A DNA stretch of 64,000 nt from Alphaproteobacteria bacterium (GTDB lineage: Bacteria > Pseudomonadota > Alphaproteobacteria > RF32 > CAG-239), in contig SUUY01000001.1 of NCBI GenBank assembly GCA_015062285.1, positions 94,622 to 158,621 of the forward strand, read 5' to 3'. The position numbers and the translations under genes were made by a program. Below the pieces are notes generated by a model that worked only from the letters and a program-made list of their open reading frames with translations, was not told the origin of the DNA and did no database searches. Of this stretch, positions 9,361 to 18,482 are shown one piece after another. How positions within the stretch are numbered: the first letter of the stretch is position 1; every line of letters begins with the position of its first letter.

Positions 9361-10479
9361 TTATTTATTCTCCAAAAGATTGTGTCCGTTGTTGCAAATA
9401 CAAGTAGCGGAAATAATTTCATCATCAAAATTCAGATTTAATTTTAGTGTGGTTTTATCAACTATATTATACACAAAATTATATATATTTTGAGCAAATA
9501 GGCGACTTGCAGAGAAAGGAATTGCAGATGCTAAATTGCTATTGCCGATAATTTTGATGCCGTTTTTTTCAATAATGGCATTGTCTTGAGATCCCTCTAC
9601 ATTTCCTCCATATGCACTAGCCATATCAATAATTACAGAATTTTGAGGCATGTTTTTGAGCATTTGATAATCTATTAAAATGGGTGCCTTTTTTCCGGGA
9701 ATTAGAGCTGTAGTAATAACTACATCTGTTTGTTTTAAGGCTTCGGAAACGGCTTGTTTTTGAAGTTTTTGAAATTCTTTTGAAGTCTCTTTGGCGTATC
9801 CGTCTGAAGTTTCAGTGACCTCATCGGTTTTAATTTCTATAAACTTTCCTCCCAGAGATTCAACTTGTTCTTTGGTGTTTGGCCTAATATCTGAAGCAAA
9901 AACTTGCGCTCCCATTCTTTTGGCAGTAGCGATAGCTTGCAATCCGGCAACACCGGTTCCTAAAATTAGAACTTTGGCAGGAGATATTGTTCCGGCAGAG
10001 GTCATCATTAAAGGGGCAGCTTTAGGTAAAAAATTTAGTGCCTCTATAACAGCTTTGTATCCGGCTATATTGTTTTGTGACGATAAAATATCCATGCTTT
10101 GAGCTCGAGAAATGCGGGGTAGTAGGTCTAGAGCAAAACAGGTTAATTGTTTTTTTGCAAATTTTGAAATGTATGTTTTTTGAGCAAGTGCTTGAAAATT
10201 AGCAATGATGATTTGCGAGGGAGACAATAAACCTATTTCATCATCGGTAGGAGCATTGATTTTGATAACAATGTTTGCATCTTTAATGGCGTGTTTAGCC
10301 GATGGGCATATTTTTGCGCCGGATTTGGCATATTCTTCATCGCTAAATCCGGCTTTAACTCCGGCTCCGGTTTCGATATTAATGTTAAATCCGAGAGCTA
10401 AATATTTTTTGGTAATTTCCGGAGTGATCGCAACTCTGTTTTCATTTTTTAGGGTTTCTTTTATTACGGCAATTTGCAT
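9361..10479 (-). CDS. pntA: NAD(P) transhydrogenase subunit alpha part 1 (dI, NAD(H)-binding; alanine dehydrogenase-like fold)
   Basis: MQIAVIKE..., Rossmann motif LILGTGVAGLQAIATAKRMGA. Confidence 0.9.
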   Translation of the reverse strand: MQIAVIKETLKNENRVAITPEITKKYLALGFNINIETGAGVKAGFSDEEYAKSGAKICPSAKHAIKDANIVIKINAPTDDEIGLLSPSQIIIANFQALAQKTYISKFAKKQLTCFALDLLPRISRAQSMDILSSQNNIAGYKAVIEALNFLPKAAPLMMTSAGTISPAKVLILGTGVAGLQAIATAKRMGAQVFASDIRPNTKEQVESLGGKFIEIKTDEVTETSDGYAKETSKEFQKLQKQAVSEALKQTDVVITTALIPGKKAPILIDYQMLKNMPQNSVIIDMASAYGGNVEGSQDNAIIEKNGIKIIGNSNLASAIPFSASRLFAQNIYNFVYNIVDKTTLKLNLNFDDEIISATCICNNGHNLLENK

Positions 10480-10564
10480 TTGAAAATCCGATCTTAACTA
10501 TATATAAAACTAAGATTGAATATAATCGTTATTAATTAATTTAACAATTAGAAAGTGATGATTT

Positions 10565-11110
10565 ATGCGAGAATTATTTAATTTATTGATGATTTTTGCG
10601 AAAATAGGTTTGTTTACTTTTGGAGGCGGGTATGCAATGTTGCCACTACTGAAAGCAGAAACCGTGGATAAACGAGGCTTTTTGTCGGAAGAAGAGTTGT
10701 TGAATTTATATTCAATCGGTCAGTGTACACCCGGGATTATAGCAATAAATGTAGCAACATTTATAGGATATAAGCAAAAAGGGGTATGGGGTGCAATATT
10801 TTCTACGATCGGGATGATTTTGCCTTCAATGTTTATTATCATTTTAATAGCTTCAGTTTTGAAAATGTATATGCATAATCGCTATATAGCTTATGCTTTT
10901 GCAGGGATAAGGGTTTGCGTTATTGCTTTGATTGCCGATATTGTTTATGAGCTTTGGCGTAAGAATATAAAGACGTTTATTGATGTTACAATATTTGTTT
11001 TGGCGGTTTTAGTTTTGTTGTTTGCTGATATTAGTGCTGTTTGGGTTGTGATTTTTGCTGCATTAACCGCTTTGTTTGCCGAAGAGATAAAAAGGAAAAG
11101 AGCAAAATGA
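10565..11110 (+). CDS. chrA: chromate transporter ChrA, short-chain (SCHR) half 1
   Basis: GLFTFGGGYAMLPLL motif of the CHR family; 181 aa. Confidence 0.7.
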   Translation: MRELFNLLMIFAKIGLFTFGGGYAMLPLLKAETVDKRGFLSEEELLNLYSIGQCTPGIIAINVATFIGYKQKGVWGAIFSTIGMILPSMFIIILIASVLKMYMHNRYIAYAFAGIRVCVIALIADIVYELWRKNIKTFIDVTIFVLAVLVLLFADISAVWVVIFAALTALFAEEIKRKRAK

Positions 11111-11625
11111 CATATTTGTTGCTGTTTGTTGAATTTTTTAAGATAGGCCTGTTCGCAATAGGCGGTGGGCTGGTTACCGTTCCGTTTTTATTCGATCTTT
11201 CAGAAAAATATACTTGGTTTAGTGCTAAAGAATTGACAGATATGATTGCTGTGGCCGAATCGACACCAGGTCCGTTGGGGGTTAATATGGCTATATATGC
11301 CGGTTTTGGAGCAGGTGGAATATTGGGAGCTATTATTGCCGTTTTGGGATTGGTTTTGCCTTCGGTTGTGATAATTATAATGGTGGCTCGTTTAATGGAT
11401 AAATATCAATGTAATACCAGAGTTCAGGTGATGTTGCGGGGTATTCGTCCGTCCGTTTTGGCTTTGATTCTCTTTGCCGGATTGGAGCTGGCCAGAATTG
11501 CCGTTGTTGATGTTTTGGCAATTGTTTTGTTTTTGAGTTTGGTGGCGGCAATCAGGATTTGGCGGAAGAGCCCGATTTTTTATCTTTTTGTTTCTGCAAT
11601 ATTGGGAATTGTTTTGCAACTATAA
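11107..11625 (+). CDS. chrA: chromate transporter ChrA, short-chain (SCHR) half 2
   Basis: GLFAIGGGLVTVPFL motif; ATGA overlap with the preceding half (translational coupling). Confidence 0.7.
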   Translation: MTYLLLFVEFFKIGLFAIGGGLVTVPFLFDLSEKYTWFSAKELTDMIAVAESTPGPLGVNMAIYAGFGAGGILGAIIAVLGLVLPSVVIIIMVARLMDKYQCNTRVQVMLRGIRPSVLALILFAGLELARIAVVDVLAIVLFLSLVAAIRIWRKSPIFYLFVSAILGIVLQL

Positions 11626-11634
11626 TAAAATAAG

Positions 11635-11663
11635 TTGCAAAGCAATAAAAATGTACCTAAATA
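11635..11663 (+). promoter_or_regulatory. sigma-32 (RpoH)-like heat-shock promoter candidate upstream of hslVU
   Basis: TTGCAAA - 14 nt - CCTAAATA ~35 bp upstream of hslV start; the same bipartite motif precedes htpG. Confidence 0.4.
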
Positions 11664-11694
11664 GAAATTAGTGTTTAATATTTGGGAAAGTGTT

Positions 11695-12225
11695 ATGACA
11701 ACGATTTTATGTGTACGTCGAGGAAATGAAGTGGTTATGGCCGGAGATGGACAAGCTACTTTAGGCGAAGCGATTGTTTTTAAATCTAAGTCTATAAAAG
11801 TAAGAAGAATAGGTAATGGTAAGATTATTGCCGGATTTGCCGGAGCTGCAGCTGACGGGATAACTTTGATAGAAAGATTAGAGGCAAAATTGGAAAAACA
11901 TGCAAATCAATTAAAGCGTGCAGCAGTTGAATTGGCCAAGGATTGGCGTATGGATAAATATTTACGTCAGCTACAAGCTTTTATGATAGTATCTGATAAG
12001 GAAACATCTTTGGTGATATCCGGGACAGGTGAAGTTATGGAACCAGATGACGGAATTATCGGAATCGGATCTGGCGGAAACTATGCTATGGCTGCAGCAA
12101 AAGCACTTTATGAAATGCCGGATATGACATTGCAAGAGATTGCTGAAAGAGCAATGAAAATAGCCGGAGATATAGATGTTTATACAAACCACAATGTAAT
12201 TATAGAAAGAATTGGTGATGAGTAG
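11695..12225 (+). CDS. hslV: ATP-dependent protease subunit HslV
   Basis: [20 protein letters not shown] with the N-terminal catalytic Thr after Met; ORF-track start 11671 is upstream of the true start. Confidence 0.9.
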   Translation: MTTILCVRRGNEVVMAGDGQATLGEAIVFKSKSIKVRRIGNGKIIAGFAGAAADGITLIERLEAKLEKHANQLKRAAVELAKDWRMDKYLRQLQAFMIVSDKETSLVISGTGEVMEPDDGIIGIGSGGNYAMAAAKALYEMPDMTLQEIAERAMKIAGDIDVYTNHNVIIERIGDE

Positions 12226-13525
12226 TTTTAGTCCTAGAGAAATCGTTTCAGAACTGGATAAATATATTATCGGACAGGCTGATGCCAAAAAAGCAGTAGC
12301 TGTTGCATTACGTAACAGATGGAGAAGAATGCAGTTGCCAGAAAAATTACGAGAAGAAATTGTGCCTAAAAATATTTTGATGATTGGTCCTACCGGTGTG
12401 GGTAAAACAGAAATTTCTCGCCGACTGGCAAAATTGGCAAAAGCTCCTTTTGTAAAGGTAGAAGCAACCAAATTTACTGAAATAGGTTATGTGGGAAGAG
12501 ATGTTGAAAGTATTATCAGAGATTTGGTGGAAATATCTTTGCATAATACCAGAAAAAATATGAGAAAAAAGGTTTGTGCCAAAGCGGAAGAAGGAGCAGA
12601 AGAAAGATTGCTTGGAGCTTTGGTCGGAAATAATGCCGGAGACGAAACAAAACAAAAATTCAGGCAAATGTTAAGGGAGAATAAACTTGACGACAGAGAA
12701 ATAGATATTTCCTTGTTAGATAATAGTAATTCTTCGATGCCGACAATAGATATTCCGGGTATGCCCGGTGCTTCTATGGGCATGATCAGTTTGGGTGATT
12801 TGCTCGGCGGCGGTTCGCAAAAATATAAAACAAGAAAATTAAAAGTTGCAGATGCTAAAAAGATATTGATTGACGAGGAATCGGATAAGCTTTTGGACAA
12901 TGAAACTATTACAGCAGAAGCCATAAAGGCAGTAGAAAACGATGGAATAGTATTTATTGATGAGATAGATAAAATTACCGGAAAATCAGAGGGCGGTAGA
13001 GCAGATGTTTCTCGTGAAGGAGTGCAAAGAGATTTGTTGCCGCTGATTGAAGGAACAACAGTTTCAACTAAATATGGAATGGTGAAAACAGATCATATTT
13101 TGTTTATATGTTCAGGTGCTTTTCATTTGGCGAAACCATCTGATTTGTTGCCGGAGTTGCAAGGCCGTTTGCCTATCAGAGTGGAGTTGCAGGCTCTAAA
13201 TCGAGGCGATTTTGTAAGAATTTTGACAGAGCCGGAAGCAAACCTTATAGAACAGTATGTGGCATTGCTTGGAACCGAAGGTTTTAATCTGCGTTTTGAG
13301 CCGGAAGCTATAGAAAAAATAGCAGATGTTGCTGTGGAAATTAATGAAAATGTTGAAAATATCGGAGCAAGGCGTTTGCATACGGTATTGGAAATTTTGC
13401 TGGAGGATATAAGCTTTAAGGCTACGGATTGCAGTGGGCAAGAAGAAGTTATAACTGCTCAAATGGTAGAAGAAAAACTCGGCAAATATACCAAAGCAAG
13501 TGATCTTTCGAAGTTTATTCTATAA
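12212..13525 (+). CDS. hslU: ATP-dependent protease ATPase subunit HslU
   Basis: AAA+ Walker [12 protein letters not shown]-domain insertion, C-terminal sensor region; overlaps hslV by 14 nt. Confidence 0.9.
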   Translation: MVMSSFSPREIVSELDKYIIGQADAKKAVAVALRNRWRRMQLPEKLREEIVPKNILMIGPTGVGKTEISRRLAKLAKAPFVKVEATKFTEIGYVGRDVESIIRDLVEISLHNTRKNMRKKVCAKAEEGAEERLLGALVGNNAGDETKQKFRQMLRENKLDDREIDISLLDNSNSSMPTIDIPGMPGASMGMISLGDLLGGGSQKYKTRKLKVADAKKILIDEESDKLLDNETITAEAIKAVENDGIVFIDEIDKITGKSEGGRADVSREGVQRDLLPLIEGTTVSTKYGMVKTDHILFICSGAFHLAKPSDLLPELQGRLPIRVELQALNRGDFVRILTEPEANLIEQYVALLGTEGFNLRFEPEAIEKIADVAVEINENVENIGARRLHTVLEILLEDISFKATDCSGQEEVITAQMVEEKLGKYTKASDLSKFIL

Positions 13526-14610
13526 TGGCTTTTGGGATTTACATTCATTGGCCTTTTTGCCGGAGCAAGTGTCCTTATTGTGATTTTTATAGTAAGGTGC
13601 AGAAGAATGTGCCTCAAGATGCGTTGGTTAAAGAATATCTTGAAGACATAAAATATTATGCAGATAAGATTGGTAAAAGAGAGGTAACATCAATATTTTT
13701 TGGAGGTGGAACCCCGTCTTTATTGACGCCTTCAAATATTGAAAAACTCATAAATGAAGTTGCAAAAAATTGGCTGGTTGCCAATGATGTTGAGATTTCT
13801 TTAGAGGCAAATCCGAATACAAATAAGGATAATTTATTTAGAGATTTGCATAATGCCGGAATTAATCGATTGTCTTTAGGTATTCAATCTTTAAGAGATT
13901 CGGATTTGAAATTTTTGGGTAGAACTCACAGTGTAAAAGAGGCTTTGCAGTCGGTAGAAGAGGTATTGAACATTTTTGATAATCACTCTGCTGATTTGAT
14001 TTATGCTCGTCCAAATCAAAGTAAGTCAGAATGGGAAGATGAGTTAACGCAGCTTTGTAAATTTGGGTTTAAGCACTTGTCTTTATATCAGTTAACAATA
14101 GAAGAAGGTACGGTTTTTGCTAAGAAGGGAATTGAGGCAGTTGGCGAAGATGATGCTATTGAACTTTATAAAATTAGCGAAGGTGTTGTAGAAAGCTACG
14201 GGTATAAAGGGTATGAAGTATCTAATTATGCAAAAAGCGGCTTTGAATGTCGTCACAATAAGATTTATTGGCAAGGTGATGATTATGTGGGCATAGGAAA
14301 AGGTGCACACGGCAGATTGAGAATCGGAAATAAATTTTATGCAACAACACATCATCGGGTTTTTGAAGAAATAACCGGACATGAAAGAGCTGAAGAACTT
14401 GTTTTTATGGGGCTTCGTTTAAGAGAGGGAATAAACAAAAAATATTTTGAAAAATGCTGCGGTATAAAATTTGATGAGTTTATAGATAAAAAAATTTTAA
14501 GAGAACTGGAAAATCAAAATCTTTTGTATGTTACAGATCAAAGTATAAGAGCAACAGATGAAGGGATTTTATTGTTAAATCAAATAATAGAGCAATTAGT
14601 TTGTATGTAA
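13525..14610 (+). CDS. hemW: radical SAM family heme chaperone HemW (HemN-like, oxygen-independent coproporphyrinogen-III oxidase-like)
   Basis: CxxxCxxC radical-SAM motif CRSKCPYCDF near N-terminus, HemN C-terminal domain. Confidence 0.85.
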   Translation: MAFGIYIHWPFCRSKCPYCDFYSKVQKNVPQDALVKEYLEDIKYYADKIGKREVTSIFFGGGTPSLLTPSNIEKLINEVAKNWLVANDVEISLEANPNTNKDNLFRDLHNAGINRLSLGIQSLRDSDLKFLGRTHSVKEALQSVEEVLNIFDNHSADLIYARPNQSKSEWEDELTQLCKFGFKHLSLYQLTIEEGTVFAKKGIEAVGEDDAIELYKISEGVVESYGYKGYEVSNYAKSGFECRHNKIYWQGDDYVGIGKGAHGRLRIGNKFYATTHHRVFEEITGHERAEELVFMGLRLREGINKKYFEKCCGIKFDEFIDKKILRELENQNLLYVTDQSIRATDEGILLLNQIIEQLVCM

Positions 14611-14680
14611 AGCAGATAAAAAACTCTTTACATCTGGAAGAAATAGACTAAAGTTAGCTTGAAATTTAAACTTTTAAGAT

Positions 14681-14962
14681 ATGATAGAATATATTATTGT
14701 TATTGTCTGGGGTATAGTTACCTTGGGTATGTGGCTTTTGAGGAAGAAGCTTGGAAAGGGTGTTAAACACCTTTATCGGAAAACTCTTATCTTTAATATG
14801 TTTTGGGGAGCTCTGTGTTGGTCTATTATTTCGTTGCTAACCATTCCTGGAGATATGAAGATATTAATTCTTTCGGTGTTTATAGGAGCTGCTGTCGGTA
14901 TAATGGTGACGGTAAGTTTGTATAGTGTGGAAGAATTGGATAAAATTGAAAGGCGGTCATAA
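14681..14962 (+). CDS. hypothetical small membrane protein
   Basis: 93 aa, three hydrophobic helices; stop lies within a terminator hairpin. Confidence 0.35.
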   Translation: MIEYIIVIVWGIVTLGMWLLRKKLGKGVKHLYRKTLIFNMFWGALCWSIISLLTIPGDMKILILSVFIGAAVGIMVTVSLYSVEELDKIERRS

Positions 14963-14977
14963 GACCGCCTTTTGGCT
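14951..14977 (+). terminator. rho-independent terminator
   Basis: AGGCGGTC ataa GACCGCCT followed by TTTTGGCTTTT. Confidence 0.6.
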
Positions 14978-14985
14978 TTTAAGGT

Positions 14986-16011
14986 TTAAGCTTTTTTACC
15001 ATAAGAAAGGAGTTTGTTGCGAACAAATCCTCGTAATGAAACCTCAGGCCTTGCTCCATAATGGCTAATGATTTCGGCAGCGGCGATGGAGCCAATCATG
15101 GCGCATGTACCAAGACTACGTTCCTGCGTCATACCAAATAGGAATCCGGCGGCATAAAGGTCTCCGGCACCTGTGGTATCGACAACATTATCCAATACTT
15201 CGGCTTCAACAAAGGTTTTTATGCGACCGTTTACAACAACAGATCCGTCAATTCCTCGGGTTATTGCTGCAATTTCGACATGGGGTTTGATGAGGTCTAA
15301 GCTTTTATAAAAATCTTTTTCATCAAATAAGGCCTTTATTTCTTCTTCGTTAGCAAATAACACGTCTACATATTCTTTTATGAAGTTTAAGATAGCTTCT
15401 CGATTGCGACATATGCAAGTGGTGTCTGAAAGTGTAAAAGCAATTTTACGATTATATTTATGGGCTAATTGGCAGGCTTTGATTAAGGCTCCTTGGCAAC
15501 ATTCCGTATCCCACAAATATCCCTCGATATATGTGATTTTTCCGGCTTTTATAACTTCTTCGTCAATATCTTCCTCGGTTAAAAATGTTGCGGCGCCTAA
15601 ATAAGTGAACATTGATCTTTCTGCATCAGGGGTAACCAAAACGATACTGCGTCCGGTGACCGGCCCTTCGTTTAAGGGAATCGTGAAACAATCTACACCG
15701 GCGGTTCCCATGTCTCTGGTAAATTCTTGGCCGAGTTCGTCATCATGAACTTTACCGATAAAAGCAGGAGTACCACCAAGTGAGGCTATGCCGGCAACAG
15801 TATTGGCTGCAGATCCACCGGAAACTTCTCGTTCCGGAATAATATCTGAATAAATTTCTCCGGCGGTTTTGGCGTCTAATAGGGTCATGCAACCTTTAGG
15901 AAGGTTACGCTCTTTTAAGAATCCGTCTCCGACTTTTGCCATAACATCGACAATAGCGTTTCCGATACCAACAATGTCATAATATGTGTCACTCATTTTT
16001 TGATCTTTCAA
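14986..16011 (-). CDS. PfkB-family carbohydrate/nucleoside kinase (ribokinase superfamily)
   Basis: N-terminal GIGNAIVDV and C-terminal TGAGDLYAAGFL (DTxGAGD anion-hole motif) of the ribokinase/pfkB family. Confidence 0.7.
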   Translation of the reverse strand: MKDQKMSDTYYDIVGIGNAIVDVMAKVGDGFLKERNLPKGCMTLLDAKTAGEIYSDIIPEREVSGGSAANTVAGIASLGGTPAFIGKVHDDELGQEFTRDMGTAGVDCFTIPLNEGPVTGRSIVLVTPDAERSMFTYLGAATFLTEEDIDEEVIKAGKITYIEGYLWDTECCQGALIKACQLAHKYNRKIAFTLSDTTCICRNREAILNFIKEYVDVLFANEEEIKALFDEKDFYKSLDLIKPHVEIAAITRGIDGSVVVNGRIKTFVEAEVLDNVVDTTGAGDLYAAGFLFGMTQERSLGTCAMIGSIAAAEIISHYGARPEVSLRGFVRNKLLSYGKKA

Positions 16012-16072
16012 AATTAATATAATGCAACATATATATCATATAATGCTTAATATCTAGTATATATTTGCAACT

Positions 16073-16102
16073 AAAAAAGCCCTCTATGCTTAGAGGGCTT
16101 TA
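16073..16102 (-). terminator. rho-independent terminator for fdxA
   Basis: 10-bp stem AAGCCCTCTA / TAGAGGGCTT, T-run on the minus strand. Confidence 0.6.
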
Positions 16103-16123
16103 AAGATCTTTCAAAATAAAAGA

Positions 16124-16363
16124 TTATTCGTTGGCATTTGGCCAATTTTTAGCGTTGTCAGCGTTGAATTTAATTGTAGCTTCATCAGCTTCGTCGTCGC
16201 TAACAATAGCTTCTTGTGGGCATTCAGAAATGCATACGCCACAAGAAATACATGTGTCAGGATCAACTACCAATTGAGAATCGCCTTCACGGAAAGCGTC
16301 TACAGGGCATACGTCAACGCAAGATTTACATTTGATGCAAGCATCAGTAACAACAGATACCAT
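16124..16363 (-). CDS. fdxA: 2x[4Fe-4S] ferredoxin
   Basis: Two CxxCxxCxxxCP clusters (CIKCKSCVDVCP, CISCGVCISECP), 79 aa. Confidence 0.85.
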   Translation of the reverse strand: MVSVVTDACIKCKSCVDVCPVDAFREGDSQLVVDPDTCISCGVCISECPQEAIVSDDEADEATIKFNADNAKNWPNANE

Positions 16364-16439
16364 ATTAATTTACTCCAAATTTGGTTGTAATAAAATCAGC
16401 ACTAACAATAGACAATTTATGAAATAAATCAAGTACAAT

Positions 16440-16468
16440 CTTGCAAATGTTTAAAATAGTCCCTAAAT
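16440..16468 (+). promoter_or_regulatory. sigma-32 (RpoH)-like heat-shock promoter candidate upstream of htpG
   Basis: CTTGCAA - 14 nt - CCCTAAAT, close to the CTTGAAA-N13-15-CCCCATNT consensus, ~35 bp upstream of htpG start. Confidence 0.45.
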
Positions 16469-16501
16469 AAGCAGTAAATGTATTAGTTAGGAGAGTGTAT
16501 T

Positions 16502-18343
16502 ATGGCGGATAAAATCAATTTTCAGGCCGATGTGAGCAAAATGCTCAATATTGTGGTTAATTCTTTATATTCTGAAAAACAAATATTTTTACGTGAGCTT
16601 ATATCTAATGCTTCAGACGCTTGTGATAAGCTTAAATATTTGGCCTTAACCAATCCCGGAATTGCTACTCAATCCGGACAGATGAAGATTAAGTTGCTTC
16701 CTAATGCAGTGGAAAATACGTTGGTGGTTTCGGATAATGGAATCGGCATGAACAAAGAAGATTTGATTAATCATTTGGGAACAATAGCAAAATCAGGTAC
16801 GGCAGATTTTGTGAAAAATGCTTCAGATAACGGGTCGGCTGTTGAACTTATAGGACAGTTCGGTGTAGGTTTTTATGCCGCATTTATGGTGGCGGATAAG
16901 GTAGAAATAATTACTCGCAAGGCTGGAGAAGAACAAGCTTGGAAATGGGTCTCTAACGGTGTTGACGGTTTTGAGATAAGCAAAGCAAAAAGAGATTGTA
17001 ATGGTACGGACATAAAACTCTTTTTGCGTGATGACGCCAAAGACTATATTGATACGATATATTTGCGCCAGATTATACGTACATATTCTGATCACATAGG
17101 ATATCCGATAGTTTTGGATTTGGGAAAAGCCGGCGAAGAAACAGTTAACTCGGCTTCGGCCTTATGGACACGTCACAAGTCTGAAATAACAGAAGATCAA
17201 TATAAGGAGTTTTATCATCATATTTCTCATAATTTTGATGATCCGTGGATGACGCTTCATTTTAAGGCAGAAGGCAATATTGAATATACAGGATTGCTTT
17301 ATATTCCTACTCAGCCGCAATATGATTTATTTCAGCCTGACAAGAAAAACGGCTTGAAACTGTACGTTAATAAGGTGTTTATCTCTGATAAAGTTGAAGA
17401 GCTGATCCCTCATTATTTGCGATTTGTGCGTGGAGTTATTGACTCTGCTGATTTGCAGTTAAATATTTCTCGAGAAATGTTGCAACATAGTCCGCTGATT
17501 GAAAAAATTAAGACCGGTACAGTATCGAGAATCTTAAAAGAGCTGAAAAAACGTGCAAAAAATTATGATGATTATATGACTTTTTGGAAAAGCTTCGGTG
17601 TTGCCTTTAAGGAAGGTATTTATGAAGATTTTGGTAACAGAGAAGAAATTGCTTCATTGGCATATTTTGTTTCTACCAAATCCGGTGATAAACTTACAAC
17701 ATTTGATGAATATATTTCCAGATGTTCAGAGCAGCAAAAGGCCATATATTATATTACCGGTGATGATGTTAAGGTTTTGAGTAACAACCCGCAATTGGAA
17801 GCTTTTAACGAGAAAGGGATTGAGGTGTTGCTTTTGACTGATCCGATAGATGAATTTTGGCCACAAGTGCTTACAAAATATAAGGATTTTGCAATCAAAC
17901 ACATTACTCAGGCTGAGGCTGATATGGTTTGGGAGAGAAAAGAGAAAAAAGCAGACGAAGGAAGCTTAAAGAAACTTACCGATATGCTTACGGAAATGTT
18001 TAAAGATGAAGTAGGAAAAGTAACAACAACCGAAAAACTGACTAAATCTCCGGTAAGTTTGACGGTAGAAAACGGGCAGATGAGTTTGCATTTGGAACGT
18101 TTAATGCGTAATCATCAGCAACAGACAGCGTTTGCCAGCACCAGAATATTGGAGTTAAATCCCTATCACCCTCTAATAATAAAATTGTCGGATATGATGT
18201 TTGACGAAGCTAAAAAAAGTAAGGTTGAAGAGGTGGCAAAAGTGTTGTTGGATCAGGCAAAAATAGCCGAAGGTGAGCCGGTTAGCGATCCGTCATTTTT
18301 TAGTGAGAAAATGAGCGAATATATATTAAACGCCATTAGCTAA
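16502..18343 (+). CDS. htpG: molecular chaperone HtpG (Hsp90)
   Basis: N-terminal HATPase_c Bergerat fold motifs ELISNASDA, GTIAKSGT, GQFGVGFYA; 613 aa. Confidence 0.95.
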   Translation: MADKINFQADVSKMLNIVVNSLYSEKQIFLRELISNASDACDKLKYLALTNPGIATQSGQMKIKLLPNAVENTLVVSDNGIGMNKEDLINHLGTIAKSGTADFVKNASDNGSAVELIGQFGVGFYAAFMVADKVEIITRKAGEEQAWKWVSNGVDGFEISKAKRDCNGTDIKLFLRDDAKDYIDTIYLRQIIRTYSDHIGYPIVLDLGKAGEETVNSASALWTRHKSEITEDQYKEFYHHISHNFDDPWMTLHFKAEGNIEYTGLLYIPTQPQYDLFQPDKKNGLKLYVNKVFISDKVEELIPHYLRFVRGVIDSADLQLNISREMLQHSPLIEKIKTGTVSRILKELKKRAKNYDDYMTFWKSFGVAFKEGIYEDFGNREEIASLAYFVSTKSGDKLTTFDEYISRCSEQQKAIYYITGDDVKVLSNNPQLEAFNEKGIEVLLLTDPIDEFWPQVLTKYKDFAIKHITQAEADMVWERKEKKADEGSLKKLTDMLTEMFKDEVGKVTTTEKLTKSPVSLTVENGQMSLHLERLMRNHQQQTAFASTRILELNPYHPLIIKLSDMMFDEAKKSKVEEVAKVLLDQAKIAEGEPVSDPSFFSEKMSEYILNAIS

Positions 18344-18357
18344 ATTTTGAGATACAT

Positions 18358-18388
18358 AAGGAGGAGAAATCCTCCTTATATTATTTTT
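18358..18388 (+). terminator. rho-independent terminator after htpG
   Basis: AAGGAGGA gaaa TCCTCCTT hairpin followed by T-rich tract. Confidence 0.65.
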
Positions 18389-18482
18389 GGGGCTGAACTA
18401 AAATTGACTCTTGTCAAATGTCTTAAACTAAAGTACTTTTTATAAAAATTGTAAAAATATAAAGAGTTTTTAGGATAAGAAA

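Noticed and set aside
10565-11625. chrA split as a frameshifted pseudogene
   Set aside because: Each half carries its own complete CHR-family GGG motif and the two overlap by ATGA. This is the known natural short-chain (SCHR) paired arrangement, not a frameshift.
13525-14610. Radical SAM gene as HydE/HydG partner for the HydF-like GTPase
   Set aside because: Sequence has the HemN/HemW architecture (N-terminal CxxxCxxC followed by HemN C-terminal domain, ~360 aa) and sits in the hslVU operon. It is not HydE/HydG.
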